NCBI GenBank assembly: GCA_964016885.1
Contig: OZ024755.1
Location: 32,984,001-33,048,000 of the forward strand
Direction of reading: 5' to 3'
Length of the DNA: 64,000 nucleotides
From: Eledone cirrhosa
Lineage: Eukaryota
The translations under genes and the position numbers were made by a program. The notes under the pieces are model-generated. The model saw only the letters and a program-made list of their open reading frames with translations, made no database searches and had not been told where the DNA came from. Below, piece after piece: positions 51,075 through 64,000 of the stretch (its first letter is position 1; each line of letters begins with the position of its first letter).

Positions 51075-54000
51075 CCTCTTCAGTGTGTAAGAGATAACTC
51101 ATCCTAACATGTATGTATTCCAGTGCCATGGATGGGATAACTCATCCTAACACATATGTATTCCAGTGCCATGGACGGGATAACTCATCCGAACATGTAT
51201 GTATTCCAATGCCATGAATGGGATAACTCATCCGAACATGTATGTATTCCAATGCCATGAACGGGATAACTCATCCTAACACATATGTATTGCAGTGCCA
51301 TGGACGGGATAACTCATCCGAACATGTATGTATTCCAGTGCCATGGACGGGATAACTCATCCGAACATGTATGTATTCCAGTGCCATGGACGGGATAACT
51401 CATCCGAACATGTATGTATTCCAGTGCCATGGACGGGATAACTCATCCTAACATGTATGTATTGCAGTGCCATGGACGGGATAACTCATCCGAACATGTA
51501 TGTATTCCAGTGTCATGGATGGGATAACTCATCTGAACATGTATGTATTGCAGTGCCATGGATGGGATAACTCATCCGAACATGTATGTATTCCAGTGCC
51601 ATGGATGGGATAACTCATCCTAACATGTATGTATTCCAGTGCCATGGACGGGATAACTCATCCTAACACATATGTATTGCAGTGCCATGGACGGGATAAC
51701 TCATCCGAACATGTATGTATTGCAGTGCCATGGACGGGATAACTCATCCTAACATGTATGTATTGCAGTGCCATGGACGAGATAACTCATCCTAACATGT
51801 ATGTATTCCAGTGCCATGGATGGGATAACTCATCCGAACATGTATGTATTGCAGTGCCATGGATGGGATAACTCATCCGAACATGTATGTATTGCAGTGC
51901 CATGGACGGGATAACTCATCCTAACATGTATGTATTGCAGTGCCATGGACGGGATAACTCATCCTAACATGTATGTATTGCAGTGCCATGGACGAGATAA
52001 CTCATCCTAACATGTATGTATTGCAGTGCCATGGACGGGATAACTCATCCGAACATGTATGTATTGCAGTGCCATGGACGGAATAACTCATCCTAACATG
52101 TATGTATTGCAGTGCCATGGACGGGATAACTCATCCGAACATGTATGTATTGCAGTGCCATGGACGGAATAACTCATCCTAACATGTATGTATTGCAGTG
52201 CCATGGACGGGATAACTCATCCGAACATGTATGTATTCCAGTGCCATGGACGTGATAACTCATCCGAACATGTATGTATTCCAATGCCATGGATGGGATA
52301 ACTCATCCTAACACATATGTATTGCAGTGCCATGGACGGGATAACTCATCCTAACATGTATGTATTCCAGTGCCATGGATGGGATAACTCATCCTAACAC
52401 ATATGTATTGCAGTGCCATGGATGGGATAACTCATCCGAACACATATGTATTCCAGTGCCATGGACGGGATAACTCATCCGAACATGTATGTATTCCAGT
52501 GCCATGGACGGGATAACTCATCCGAACATGTATGTATTCCAGTGCCATGGACGGGATAACTCATCCGAACATGTATGTATTCCAGTGCCATGGACGGGAT
52601 AACTCATCCGAACATGTATGTATTCCAATGCCATGGACGGGATAACTCATCCTAACATGTATGTATTGCAGTGCCATGGACGGGATAACTCATCCGAACA
52701 TGTATGTATTCCAGTGCCATGGATGGGATAACTCATCCGAACATGTATGTATTGCAGTGCCATGGACGGGATAACTCATCCGAACATGTATGTATTCCAG
52801 TGCCATGGATGGGATAACTCATCCTAACATGTATGTATTCCAGTGCCATGGATGGGATAACTCATCCGAACATGTATGTATTGCAGTGCCATGGACGGGA
52901 TAACTCATCCGAACATGTATGTATTGCAGTGCCATGGACGGGATAACTCATCCTAACATGTATGTATTGCAGTGCCATGGACGGGATAACTCATCCTAAC
53001 ATGTATGTATTCCAGTGCCATGGATGGGATAACTCATCCGAACATGTATGTATTGCAGTGCCATGGACGGGATAACTCATCCTAACATGTATGTATTGCA
53101 GTGCCATGGACGGGATAACTCATCCGAACATGTATGTATTCCAGTGCCATGGACGGGATAACTCATCCGAACATGTATGTATTCCAATGCCATGGATGGG
53201 ATAACTCATCCGAACATGTATGTATTGCAGTGCCATGGACGGGATAACTCATCCTAACATGTATGTATTGCAGTGCCATGGACGGGATAACTCATCCTAA
53301 CATGTATGTATTGCAGTGCCATGGACGAGATAACTCATCCTAACATGTATGTATTCCAGTGCCATGGATGGGATAACTCATCCGAACATGTATGTATTGC
53401 AGTGCCATAGATGGGATAACTCATCCGAACATGTATGTATTGCAGTGCCATGGACGGGATAACTCATCCTAACATGTATGTATTGCAGTGCCATGGACGG
53501 GATAACTCATCCTAACATGTATGTATTGCAGTGCCATGGACGAGATAACTCATCCTAACATGTATGTATTGCAGTGCCATGGACGGGATAACTCATCCGA
53601 ACATGTATGTATTGCAGTGCCATGGACGGAATAACTCATCCTAACATGTATGTATTGCAGTGCCATGGACGGGATAACTCATCCGAACATGTATGTATTG
53701 CAGTGCCATGGACGGAATAACTCATCCTAACATGTATGTATTGCAGTGCCATGGACGGGATAACTCATCCGAACATGTATGTATTCCAGTGCCATGGACG
53801 TGATAACTCATCCGAACATGTATGTATTCCAATGCCATGGATGGGATAACTCATCCTAACACATATGTATTGCAGTGCCATGGACGGGATAACTCATCCT
53901 AACATGTATGTATTCCAGTGCCATGGATGGGATAACTCATCCTAACACATATGTATTGCAGTGCCATGGATGGGATAACTCATCCGAACACATATGTATT

Positions 54001-55772
54001 CCAGTGCCATGGACGGGATAACTCATCCGAACATGTATGTATTCCAGTGCCATGGACGGGATAACTCATCCGAACATGTATGTATTCCAGTGCCATGGAC
54101 GGGATAACTCATCCGAACATGTATGTATTCCAGTGCCATGGACGGGATAACTCATCCGAACATGTATGTATTCCAATGCCATGGACGGGATAACTCATCC
54201 TAACATGTATGTATTGCAGTGCCATGGACGGGATAACTCATCCGAACATGTATGTATTCCAGTGCCATGGATGGGATAACTCATCCGAACATGTATGTAT
54301 TGCAGTGCCATGGACGGGATAACTCATCCGAACATGTATGTATTCCAGTGCCATGGATGGGATAACTCATCCTAACATGTATGTATTCCAGTGCCATGGA
54401 TGGGATAACTCATCCGAACATGTATGTATTGCAGTGCCATGGACGGGATAACTCATCCGAACATGTATGTATTGCAGTGCCATGGACGGGATAACTCATC
54501 CTAACATGTATGTATTGCAGTGCCATGGACGGGATAACTCATCCTAACATGTATGTATTCCAGTGCCATGGATGGGATAACTCATCCGAACATGTATGTA
54601 TTGCAGTGCCATGGACGGGATAACTCATCCTAACATGTATGTATTGCAGTGCCATGGACGGGATAACTCATCCGAACATGTATGTATTCCAGTGCCATGG
54701 ACGGGATAACTCATCCGAACATGTATGTATTCCAATGCCATGGATGGGATAACTCATCCTAACACATATGTATTGCAGTGCCATGGACGGGATAACTCAT
54801 CCGAACATGTATGTATTCCAATGCCATGGATGGGATAACTCATCCTAACACATATGTATTCCAGTGCCATGAACGGGATAACTCATCCGAACATGTATGT
54901 ATTCCAGTGCCATGGATGGGATAACTCATCCTAACACATATGTATTGCAGTGCCATGGATGGGATAACTCATCCGAACATGTATGTATTCCAATGCCATG
55001 GATGGGATAACTCATCCTAACATATATGTATTGCAGTGCCATGGATGGGATAACTCATCCGAACACATATGTATTGCAGTGCCATGGATGGGATAACTCA
55101 TCCGAACATGTATGTATTCCAATGCCATGGATGGGATAACTCATCCTAACACATATGTATTGCAGTGCCATGGATGGGATAACTCATCCGAACATGTATG
55201 TATTCCAATGCCATGGATGGGATAACTCATCCTAACACATATGTATTGCAGTGCCATGGATGGGATAACTCATCCGAACATGTATGTATTCCAGTGCCAT
55301 GGATGGGATAACTCATCCGAACATGTATGTATTCCAGTGCCATGGACGGGATAACTCATCCTAACATGTATGTATTGCAGTGCCATGGACGGGATAACTC
55401 ATCCTAACACATATGTATTGCAGTGCCATGGACGGGATAACTCATCCTAACATGTATGTATTCCAGTGCCATGGATGGGATAACTCATCCTAACATGTAT
55501 GTATTCCAGTGCCATGGATGGGATAACTCATCCTAACATGTTTGAACTCTTTTCGAACAGTTCATAACTTCAAAGTTATGAACTCGTTTCCAACAGTTCA
55601 TAACTTCAAAGCTAGATGGGGTTACCAGTTTATTGATGTGATGTTTGTCAATCATTCAGATATGTGTTGTTAATAAATGTTTGTTTTAAAAAAAGTCATT
55701 TGACTGAAAAAAAAAACAAAAAAAACGGCACAGCAACTGAAGCTGTGTAAAATATACACGGCAGTCAAGAGG
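51075..55772. mobile_element. piggyBac-like non-autonomous element (family P2) hosting a 43-bp array
   Basis: TTAA-CCTCTTCAGTG ... CAGTCAAGAGG-TTAA. Confidence 0.6.
51091..55541. repeat. 43-bp minisatellite, about 103 copies
   Basis: Unit GGGATAACTCATCCGAACATGTATGTATTCCAGTGCCATGGAC. Confidence 0.95.
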
Positions 55773-55934
55773 TTAATAGACAATTGAAACCCAAGATTCA
55801 TGACCATAGGTAAGAGTTGGCATGAAAACTGAATTGAAGATTGCGAGTTAGGGTTTTATGCTAACCTCCCTTCTGATTACTGAATGGTGAAGCTGTCACA
55901 TGACTGCATTACTAAAGTTTGCAGGAGAATTATT

Positions 55935-56577
55935 AATAATGGGTTCTGATTTAGGCACAAGGCCAACAATTTGGGGGGGAAGGGAAAGTCAATTAAATCG
56001 ACCCTAGTGCATTACTGGTATTTTATTTTATTGATCTCGTAGCATGAAAGGCAAAGCTAACCTTGGTAGGATTTAAACTCAGAGAGTAATAGGATGTCAT
56101 TACGTCCCTTTATGATCTGAGTTCAAATCCCGCCGAGGTTGACTTTGCCTTTCATCCTTACGGGGTCGATAAAATAAAGTACCAGTAATGTACTGGGTAT
56201 TTCCTGGCCTTGTGCCAATAGTAGAAACAATTATATGCATTACAGTGTATAATTATTTCTACTTTTGGCACAAGGCCAGCAATTACCCAGTGCATCACTG
56301 GTACTTTATTTTATCGACCCCGTAAGGATGAAGGGCAAAGTTAACCTCGGCGAGATTTGACTAAGAATGGAAAGGGCCGTAACTCTATGCGTCAAAGCAT
56401 GGCGTCCGACCCTCTACCGATACTGCCAATCCACTGACATCCCATTAGATTTATATTGCTGTAAAGTTCAAATCCTGCTGAGGTTAACTTTGCCTTTCAT
56501 TCTTACGGGGGTCGATAAAATAAAGTACCAGTAATACACTGGGATAATTGCTGGCCTTGTGCCAAAACTAGAAAAAA
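55935..56577. mobile_element. Cluster of four SINE B copies in alternating orientation
   Basis: Approximately 55935-56095 (-), 56100-56234 (+), 56250-56436 (-) and 56465-56577 (+). Confidence 0.75.
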
Positions 56578-56742
56578 TGATATGCTGTAAAACATATTGT
56601 ATGACAATCTAATAATTAATGTTCAGTATTACTGATAATAATAATGTGGCATTTAATAGCTGATATTTTTATTGTATATAACATCTCTATACTAATTTAA
56701 AAATAAAAAAAAAACCTTGGTTGACCCTTGTGATCTGCCACT

Positions 56743-56848
56743 GATTGTTGCACCTGGTGGTGAATTGATGGTCATTTTTGTTGCACCTGGTGGTGAATTG
56801 ATGGTCATTTTTGTTGCACCTGGTGGTGAATTGATGGTCATTTTTGTT
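56743..56848. repeat. 33-bp tandem repeat, 3 copies
   Basis: TTGTTGCACCTGGTGGTGAATTGATGGTCATTT. Confidence 0.9.
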
Positions 56849-57188
56849 TTTGCTTCTTCCATCTTTTTCTTCCTCTCGCTCTGATTATATATTTTTGTGT
56901 GTTGTATTTGTGAAGTTCCTTGCAATAGTTAATTGTATTTGTTTTATGTGTTTATATTAGTGTTTACCAACTATATTGTATTTGTAATGTTGATTTGAAT
57001 ATGAAACTAAATTCACATAACTTCAAAAATAAAAAAAAATAATAATAATAAGATAATTCAAAATTAAAGAAATAACATTTATTTTAGTTATTAATCGTCA
57101 AGGATAAATATTCATTTGCAATTTATGATATAATTTAAGATATATATCTACTGAAGAATAAAGAAATTATGTCTGAAGGAATGTTTAA

Positions 57189-57348
57189 CCCTTTAGCATT
57201 TACAATACTCTATTGTATTTTCACAGAAAAGGCTTTATCTCACATAATATCGAATCTATGAGATTTTGATGATACCTTAACCTAAGTATGAGCAGCTAGT
57301 TATGGCTGGTTTTAACAGAAAGATATGGCCAGTTTAAATGCTAAAGGG
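57189..57348 (-). mobile_element. piggyBac-like MITE P1 (internally deleted)
   Basis: Perfect TTAA-CCCTTTAGCATTTA / TAAATGCTAAAGGG-TTAA termini. Confidence 0.8.
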
Positions 57349-57855
57349 TTAAATATATATAATATTAACATTAGATATTTAAATAATTCTAATTAAATTC
57401 TCAAAAAAAAAAAAAAAAATACAAAGCCACTACTTTCTATATAGGATCTGATTAATCATAAAAAAACAATTATATTAATCCATCTTTAATTAAAAAAAAA
57501 ATGTTAATGAACAATTGATTTTATAATTGTTACTCGTGTATCAACAAGTACATCATCTTTTCTTTGCACACTTATTCCTGTGACGGTCATGGGGGCAGAG
57601 TCCTCAAACACTCCGTCCAATGGGTCCTGTCAGAAGCAACCATCTCCAACTAATCCAGCTGGATCACCAAAGGTCACCAGCCAAACTCATGAATGTTATC
57701 CATCCATCTTGCTCGGGGTCTACACCTGGGTCTCCTACCTGTTTGTTTCACCCATAAAATCTATCCAGCTAAACAAGTACATACTTCTAAAATAAAATTT
57801 ACTATTTCACGTTGATTTAATAATTATAAAGGAGTTTAGATTTGAAAATATGTAA

Positions 57856-58061
57856 CCCATTAACATTTAAACTGGCCATATCCGGCCAGAATTCTCTCAC
57901 CTCTTTCTGTTCAAACCAGCCGTAACTGACATTAAGGTATTGTTCTCAAAATAAATAATATCAAAATCTCATAGATCACGTGAGATAATTATTTGAGATA
58001 TTCTGTGAGATAAAGCCTGCACTGTGAAAATACAATAGTATATATAGTAAATGCTTAATTG
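57856..58061 (+). mobile_element. piggyBac-like MITE P1 (diverged)
   Basis: Internal homology to 46374-46597. Confidence 0.65.
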
Positions 58062-58182
58062 TTAAAGCTATTTGAAAGGTTTTAAAATGATTTAAATTAT
58101 TATTTTGATTTAAAAAAGATTATTTAATATAACACTGCCCGTGTGTTTTCTAGAATTTTCCATATATTGTTTCATTTGCTTA

Positions 58183-59225
58183 TCATCATCATCATCCTCG
58201 TTTAACGTCCATCTTCCACACTAGCATGGGTCTGGACGGGAATTGTCCCACTTGGTTGTGTTGCTCAGGAATGTCTGGCGGTCTTCTACGGCTGGATGCC
58301 CTTCCTAACACCAACCACGTTTACAGTGTGGACTAGGAGGTTTTTACCGTGTTACCTACACGGCCATATTACAGCATGGACTGTATGTTTTTTTGTCGTG
58401 ACACCTACACGACCTCATTTATTTAGGACTGGATGTTGTGGCACCAACATAGTTTTACATTGAAAGGTGTAAATGGCAGTGGGGGTAGGGGTAGTGGGAC
58501 GGGGGTGTATTTTGGTTAAGAGGTGCCTACTGACTGTAGGTTTCGCTTTGTATTTAGGCAAGGCGGGTCTTCTGTATTACTACGTAGTGCCAAAGATCTC
58601 GGTCCAGTGATATTGTCTTGGAGAGGTGTAAGTGTGAGAGGTCGGATTTTATCAAATCGTCCCAGGTTTTTCTGGGTCTGCCTACTCCGTAGCTACCATC
58701 TATTTTGATCGCCCTGCACTTTTTTATACAGCTGTCATCTTTCATGCGCATCAATGTAATCTTCTCTCGAGTAAACAGCATCTGATCCCTCTTATTCCTA
58801 ATTTCTCACTTAGTTCATTTATGCTTTGCCGTTCGCGTATATTACTATTACACATCCAACGGAGCATGCAAGCTTTGTTCCTCTCCAGTCTGCGTAGGTC
58901 CTCTGCACACAAGGCCCATGTCTCACTGCCATGTAACATCGCTGTTCATATGCAGGCATCATACAGCCTGACTTTTATTTTTAGAGAGAAACCTTTAGCA
59001 GCCAATAGTGGTATAAGGTCTCTGAACTTTTTCCATCCCGTTCGGACTCTAGCTACAGTACTTTCGGAGCACCCCCCACCACTGCTGATTTTGTCACTCA
59101 GGTAACGGAAGGTGTCCACTATTTTTATAGAACCATCTGGGCAATGGAATGAGCTAGTATTCTGTGGGCATTTGCTGCTACTTATTGCACCAGAGCACCG
59201 GCCACATATAAAATCTATATTCTTA
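58183..59225 (-). mobile_element. RTE LINE 3' portion (RT C-terminus plus 3' UTR)
   Basis: MLHGSETWAL..MLRWMCN..GRPRKTWDDLIKSDL, UTR and (GAT)n tail. Confidence 0.85.
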
Positions 59226-59649
59226 GTTATGGTTACTAAAAGCTATATTAACAGCTAAAGTAGGTGATGTGGAGTATGTTGTACATTATTCTAGGTACTA
59301 TACATGCACCTTTGATAAGTTGTAGTGCACCTGAGCACTGTACACAATAATTTCATTATTATCATTATGATGAAACTTCAATTGTATTTTTATTATTAAA
59401 TCTTATGGTATCTATGTTTTGGCAGAATGTGTATTGTGGGGATAATATAAATATTTGCAGTGGAGACTTCTGGTGTCCTTGGCCCTAGGTCCACCTTCCT
59501 ACTCACCACAGAGTTGGTTACCTGCAGGCATGACCCTTGAGCTGGAATGGCTCTTCTAGTGTGTCTTACTCGCCATCCTCTGGGGCAATGCTTTCTTTAT
59601 TCTGACTGCCGGGGCTGTAGGGCAGCTAGCATCTGAGCCCTCATTATAG

Positions 59650-61122
59650 TGAGAGAGTGGGAGGGACTGAGGCAGTGACAGTGGGAATTTGGTTCCTTTG
59701 TGTTTGGACCTGGTGTATATGAGGGATGGGAAGAGTAGGAGAGATGGAGGCAGTGACAGTGGGGGTTTGGTTCTTTTGTGTTCGGACTTGGTATATATGA
59801 GAGATGGGGAGAGTGGGAGAGATGGAGGCAGTGACAGTGGGAGTTTGGTTCCTTTGTGTTCGGACCTGGTGTATATGAGAGATGGGGAGAGCAGGAGAGA
59901 TGGAGGCAGTGACAGTGGGAGTTTGGTTCTTTTGTGTTCGGACTTGGTATATATGAGAGATGGGGAGAGTGGGAGAGATGGAGGCAGTGACAGTGGGAGT
60001 TTGGTTCTTTTGTGTTCGGACTTGGTATATATGAGAGATGGGGAGAGCAGGAGAGATGGAGGCAGTGACAGTAGGAGTTTGGTTCTTTTGTGTTCGGACT
60101 TGGTATATATGAGAGATGGGGAGAGTGGGAGAGATGGAGGCAGTGACAGTGGGAGTTTGGTTCTTTTGTGTTCGGACTTGGTATATATGAGAGATGGGGA
60201 GAGCAGGAGAGATGGAGGCAGTGACAGTGGGAGTTTGGTTCTTTTGTGTTCGGACTTGGTATATATGAGAGATGGGGAGAGTGGGAGAGATGGAGGCAGT
60301 GACAGTGGGAGTTTGGTTCTTTTGTGTTCGGACTTGGTATATATGAGAGATGGGGAGAGTGGGAGAGATGGAGGCAGTGACAGTGGGAGTTTGGTTCCTT
60401 TGTGTTCGGACCTGGTGTATATGAGAGATGGGGAGAGCAGGAGAGATGGAGGCAGTGACAGTGGGAGTTTGGTTCTTTTGTGTTCGGACTTGGTATATAT
60501 GAGAGATGGGGAGAGTGGGAGAGATGGAGGCAGTAACAGTGGGAGTTTGGTTCTTTTGTGTTCGGACTTGGTATATATGAGAGATGGGGAGAGTGGGAGA
60601 GATGGAGGCAGTGACAGTGGGAGTTTGGTTCCTTTGTGTTCGGACTTGGTATATATGAGAGATGGGGAGAGTGGGAGAGATGGAGGCAGTGACAGTGGGA
60701 GTTTGGTTCTTTTGTGTTCGGATCTGGTATATATGAGAGATGGGGAGAGTGGGAGAGATGGAGGCAGTGACAGTGGGAGTTTGGTTCCTTTGTGTTCGGA
60801 TCTGGTATATATGAGAGATGGGGAGAGTGGGAGAGATGGAGGCAGTGACAGTGGGAGTTTGGTTCCTTTGTGTTCGGACCTGGTGTATATGAGAGATGGG
60901 GAGAGCAGGAGAGATGGAGGCAGTGACAGTGGGAGTTTGGTTCCTTTGTGTTCGGACCTGGTGTATATGAGAGATGGGGAGAGCGGGAGAGATGGAGGCA
61001 GTGACAGTGGGAGTTTGGTTCTTTTGTGTTCGGACCTGGTATATATGAGAGATGGGGAGAGCAGGAGAGATGGAGGCAGTGACAGTAGGAGTTTGGTTCC
61101 TTTGTCTTTGGATCTGGTATAT
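59650..61122. repeat. 78-bp purine-rich minisatellite, about 19 copies
   Basis: Unit GAGAGATGGGGAGAGTGGGAGAGATGGAGGCAGTGACAGTGGGAGTTTGGTTCTTTTGTGTTCGGACTTGGTATATAT. Confidence 0.95.
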
Positions 61123-61895
61123 ATATTATTACTCTTGTAGACATTATTCCTCTTATGTACCATTACTATAACTCAGATGCAGGGTTTTTAATTTCTACTG
61201 TTCTCAGAAATATATACTATTTTATCCTTACATCTCAATATACCTAAAGCCTCATTATAGTAGTCAGCATAATGCTTAATTTTGTCTTTGCTGACAATCT
61301 AGATATTCTGTTAGACACTTCCCTCTAAAAGTAATTACTTTAAGGTGATTAGATAGTCTATGTACATAATATAGATTTTCATTAGGTTTATGATGTGGTC
61401 TATAAAGTTCTCTTTATAGCTCTAGAGTCACATCTAAAAAAATTATTAAAATTACTGTCAATAATAATGGCTAAACAATAACTTTAAAAAAAACAACCTA
61501 TACATATTCTTCTTCATTTTCTCCAGGCTAGGGCAACTAATATTCTTAAGAGTAAACAAAAGATTGTCTTTATATATTATGCCCCCGCCTATAATTTGGA
61601 AATTCATCTTTTAATTTATATCCAAGATAGAAACTGGCAAGATCTGGGAACTGAGAAGAGTTACTAGATGTCACTTTATTCTCTCTGTATTTTATATTCC
61701 AATAAAAACCACCAAATTCAATCACTGCATGAAGAATAATATCAATTTCATGTTTTTTTAATGAATAAACATTGTAGTTATACTAAGGCCTTTATTAAGT
61801 AAAATTGAAGAAATAGAATAAAAACTAGTGATATCAAATTGCCAAAATTTTTTTTTTTTTGTTATTCAGTTTCATAAACCGGGTAAACACCTTAA

Positions 61896-62238
61896 CCCTT
61901 TAGCATTTGCATTACTCTACTATTGTATTTTTGAAGTAAAGGCTTTATCTCACATAATTTGGAATCTATGAGATTTTGATGAGGATATTATTTATTTTGA
62001 CAACAATACCTTAACGTTAGTATAAGCAGCCGGTTATGGCTGGTTTGAACAGAAAGAGGTGAGATATTCTGGCTGGATATGTCTGGTTTACATTCAAATA
62101 CTATTGAAATTTTGATATTATTTATTTTGAGAACAATACCTTAACATCAATATTAGTGGTAGGTTACAGCCGGTTTAAACAGAAAGAGGTGAGAGAATTC
62201 TGACTGGTTAAAACACTAAAGGGTTAAATGCTAACGGA
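61896..62238 (-). mobile_element. piggyBac-like MITE P1 with an internal ~125-bp duplication
   Basis: TTAA-CCCTTTAGCATTT; the GATATTATTTATTTTGA..GAGGTGAGA segment occurs twice. Confidence 0.7.
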
Positions 62239-63109
62239 TTAACCCGAGTCCTACTTTCTTTCAAGGCATTGGCCAACCTGAGGCTATAGTTAGTAGATGA
62301 CATGGTCATCTGGTTGTGAGGCAAGCTTCTTAACCACACAGCAATTGGCCAACCTGAGGCTATAGTAGATGACATGGTCATCTGGTTATGAAGCAAGCTT
62401 CTTAACCACTTAGCCATAACTGTGCTTAGTCATGCCTGCACCATATATTTATATGTGTGTATTTATATTCATATGTAGAAAAAAATAACATATAATTAAC
62501 TAAATATATACAAAGGTATATGTATATACATAAATTTGGTATTTGAAGAAAAAAGTATTTTATATTCCCCCGAAACATAAAACTAATTAGAAAATAAAAT
62601 TACCACAACTTCTAATATCATGAAGCTTATTTTCAAATTTTGCTGGCAATTATGGGGTAATTTCCACCTTTATCTTATTTATCACATTACTTTATTGAAA
62701 ATCATTCAATATATTGACAATATAGTTCCATAAACTACATTAGTGAACCTATCAACTTTACTTACTTTTTCAGAAGATTTTTAATGTATGGGTTTAACAC
62801 CCACATCCTTGTCTTTGATCTCTGTCAGGTAAAAGCCTCTTAAAATTCATTGTCACCAAATATTACCACAGGGAAAATTAGTCTGAATTTTAGTTTTAGA
62901 TATTTATGTTTGATATAGATCACTCAGTAAAGGAAAGTTGGTTAATTCATTGACTTATTTATATCAATACAGGCTTTAATGGCAATTTTCCAGACATACA
63001 ACACACAAATACTATGAGCCTGTACATCCTAGCTTCAGGACAGAACAGCCATGAGGTTTGGAATGGTGAAACTATCATATTTTGTCCATCATAATCATTT
63101 ATTACCAAG

Positions 63110-63300
63110 AGCGGTGGATTGGCAGCATTGGTAGAGCATCGGACACCATGCTTTGTGGCATAAAGTTATGGCCATTTACGTTCTGAGTTCAAATCCCACC
63201 GAGGTTAACTTTGCCCTTCATCCTTACGGGGTCAATGAAATAAAGCACCAGTAATGCAATGGGATAATTGCTGGCCTTGTGCTAAATGTAGAAACAATTA
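63110..63300 (+). mobile_element. SINE family B
   Basis: Consensus match. Confidence 0.8.
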
Positions 63301-63317
63301 TTATTTATTACCAACTT

Positions 63318-63652
63318 CATGGCTAAGTGGTTAGAGCATTGGCCTTGCAATCGAAAGGTTGTGAGTTCAATTCTCAGACCGGGTGATGTGTTGTTTCCTT
63401 GAGCAAGACACTTTATTTCACGTTGCTCCAGTTTACTCAGCTGTAGAAATGAGATGATAGGGACTGGGGTCCCTATCATTCCACTGCAAAGTGGTCATGG
63501 AGGTGCCACTGCAAAAAAGCACCCAGCACTCACTGTAAATGAGGTTGGTGTTAGGAAGGGCATCCAGCTGTAGAAATCAAGCCAGAATCAGTTCCCGTCC
63601 CACCCTTGCAAGCAGGGAAAAAGTGGACGTAAAATGAAATGAATGAAATGAT
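63318..63652 (+). mobile_element. SINE family A
   Basis: Consensus match. Confidence 0.85.
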
Positions 63653-63858
63653 ACATTTTGCTTTGAGGTGTTTGGATCCAGCACCCAGCACACACTGTAA
63701 ATGTGGTTGGTGTTAGGAAGGGCATCCAGTCTTAGCAACAAATCCAAAACCAGTTCTGTATGAGCAAGTTATGGTCATCAGACCTGGTTTGTCTCACAAT
63801 AGGGCAACTTGTCTAACCCATGCCAGTGTGGAGAATAGATGTTAAATGATGATGATAT

Positions 63859-64000
63859 CAACTACCATGTAGCTTTGTTTCACGGTAATATTGGTCATTA
63901 CTGTTGAAACATTTAAAGTACTGATACCAACTACCATGTAGCTTTGTTTCAGGGTGGTATTGGTTATTTCTATTGAAACATTTAAAGTACTGATACCAAC
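63859..64000. repeat. 69-bp tandem repeat running off the window edge
   Basis: CAACTACCATGTAGC at 63859 and 63928; a third unit starts at 63997. Confidence 0.8.

Noticed and set aside
51091-55541. CRISPR-like array
   Set aside because: Units are contiguous with no unique spacers, there are no cas genes, and the context is eukaryotic
59556-61163. 535-, 515- and 483-aa repetitive ORFs (Pro/Ser-rich, His/Cys-rich)
   Set aside because: Three overlapping frames stay open only because the 78-bp unit lacks stops; no evidence of coding constraint

Overview
AT-rich, repeat-dominated eukaryotic DNA with no supportable intact protein-coding gene. The SINE types, (TA)n density and R4/Dong plus RTE relics suggest a cephalopod, probably octopus-like (inference). 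Contents: about 35 copies of three tRNA-derived or related SINE families; decayed R4/Dong-type (RLE), RTE, Penelope GIY-YIG and hAT fragments; Helitron ends; TA- and TTAA-flanked MITEs; and several minisatellites. All the long ORFs in the track are satellite or microsatellite artefacts. Two patterns stand out. (1) At least seven unrelated families of short non-coding elements sit in (TA)n tracts and carry minimal type I hammerhead ribozyme motifs. Several are near-perfect fold-back palindromes of 150-440 bp followed by a 3' tail with a shared GAG-N-N-CTC motif, consistent with Penelope-like pseudo-LTR derivatives. (2) TTAA-flanked piggyBac-like MITEs have amplified subterminal segments into kb-scale arrays (72-bp and 43-bp units) with higher-order periodicity. 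Coordinates were read by eye and may be off by a few bases.
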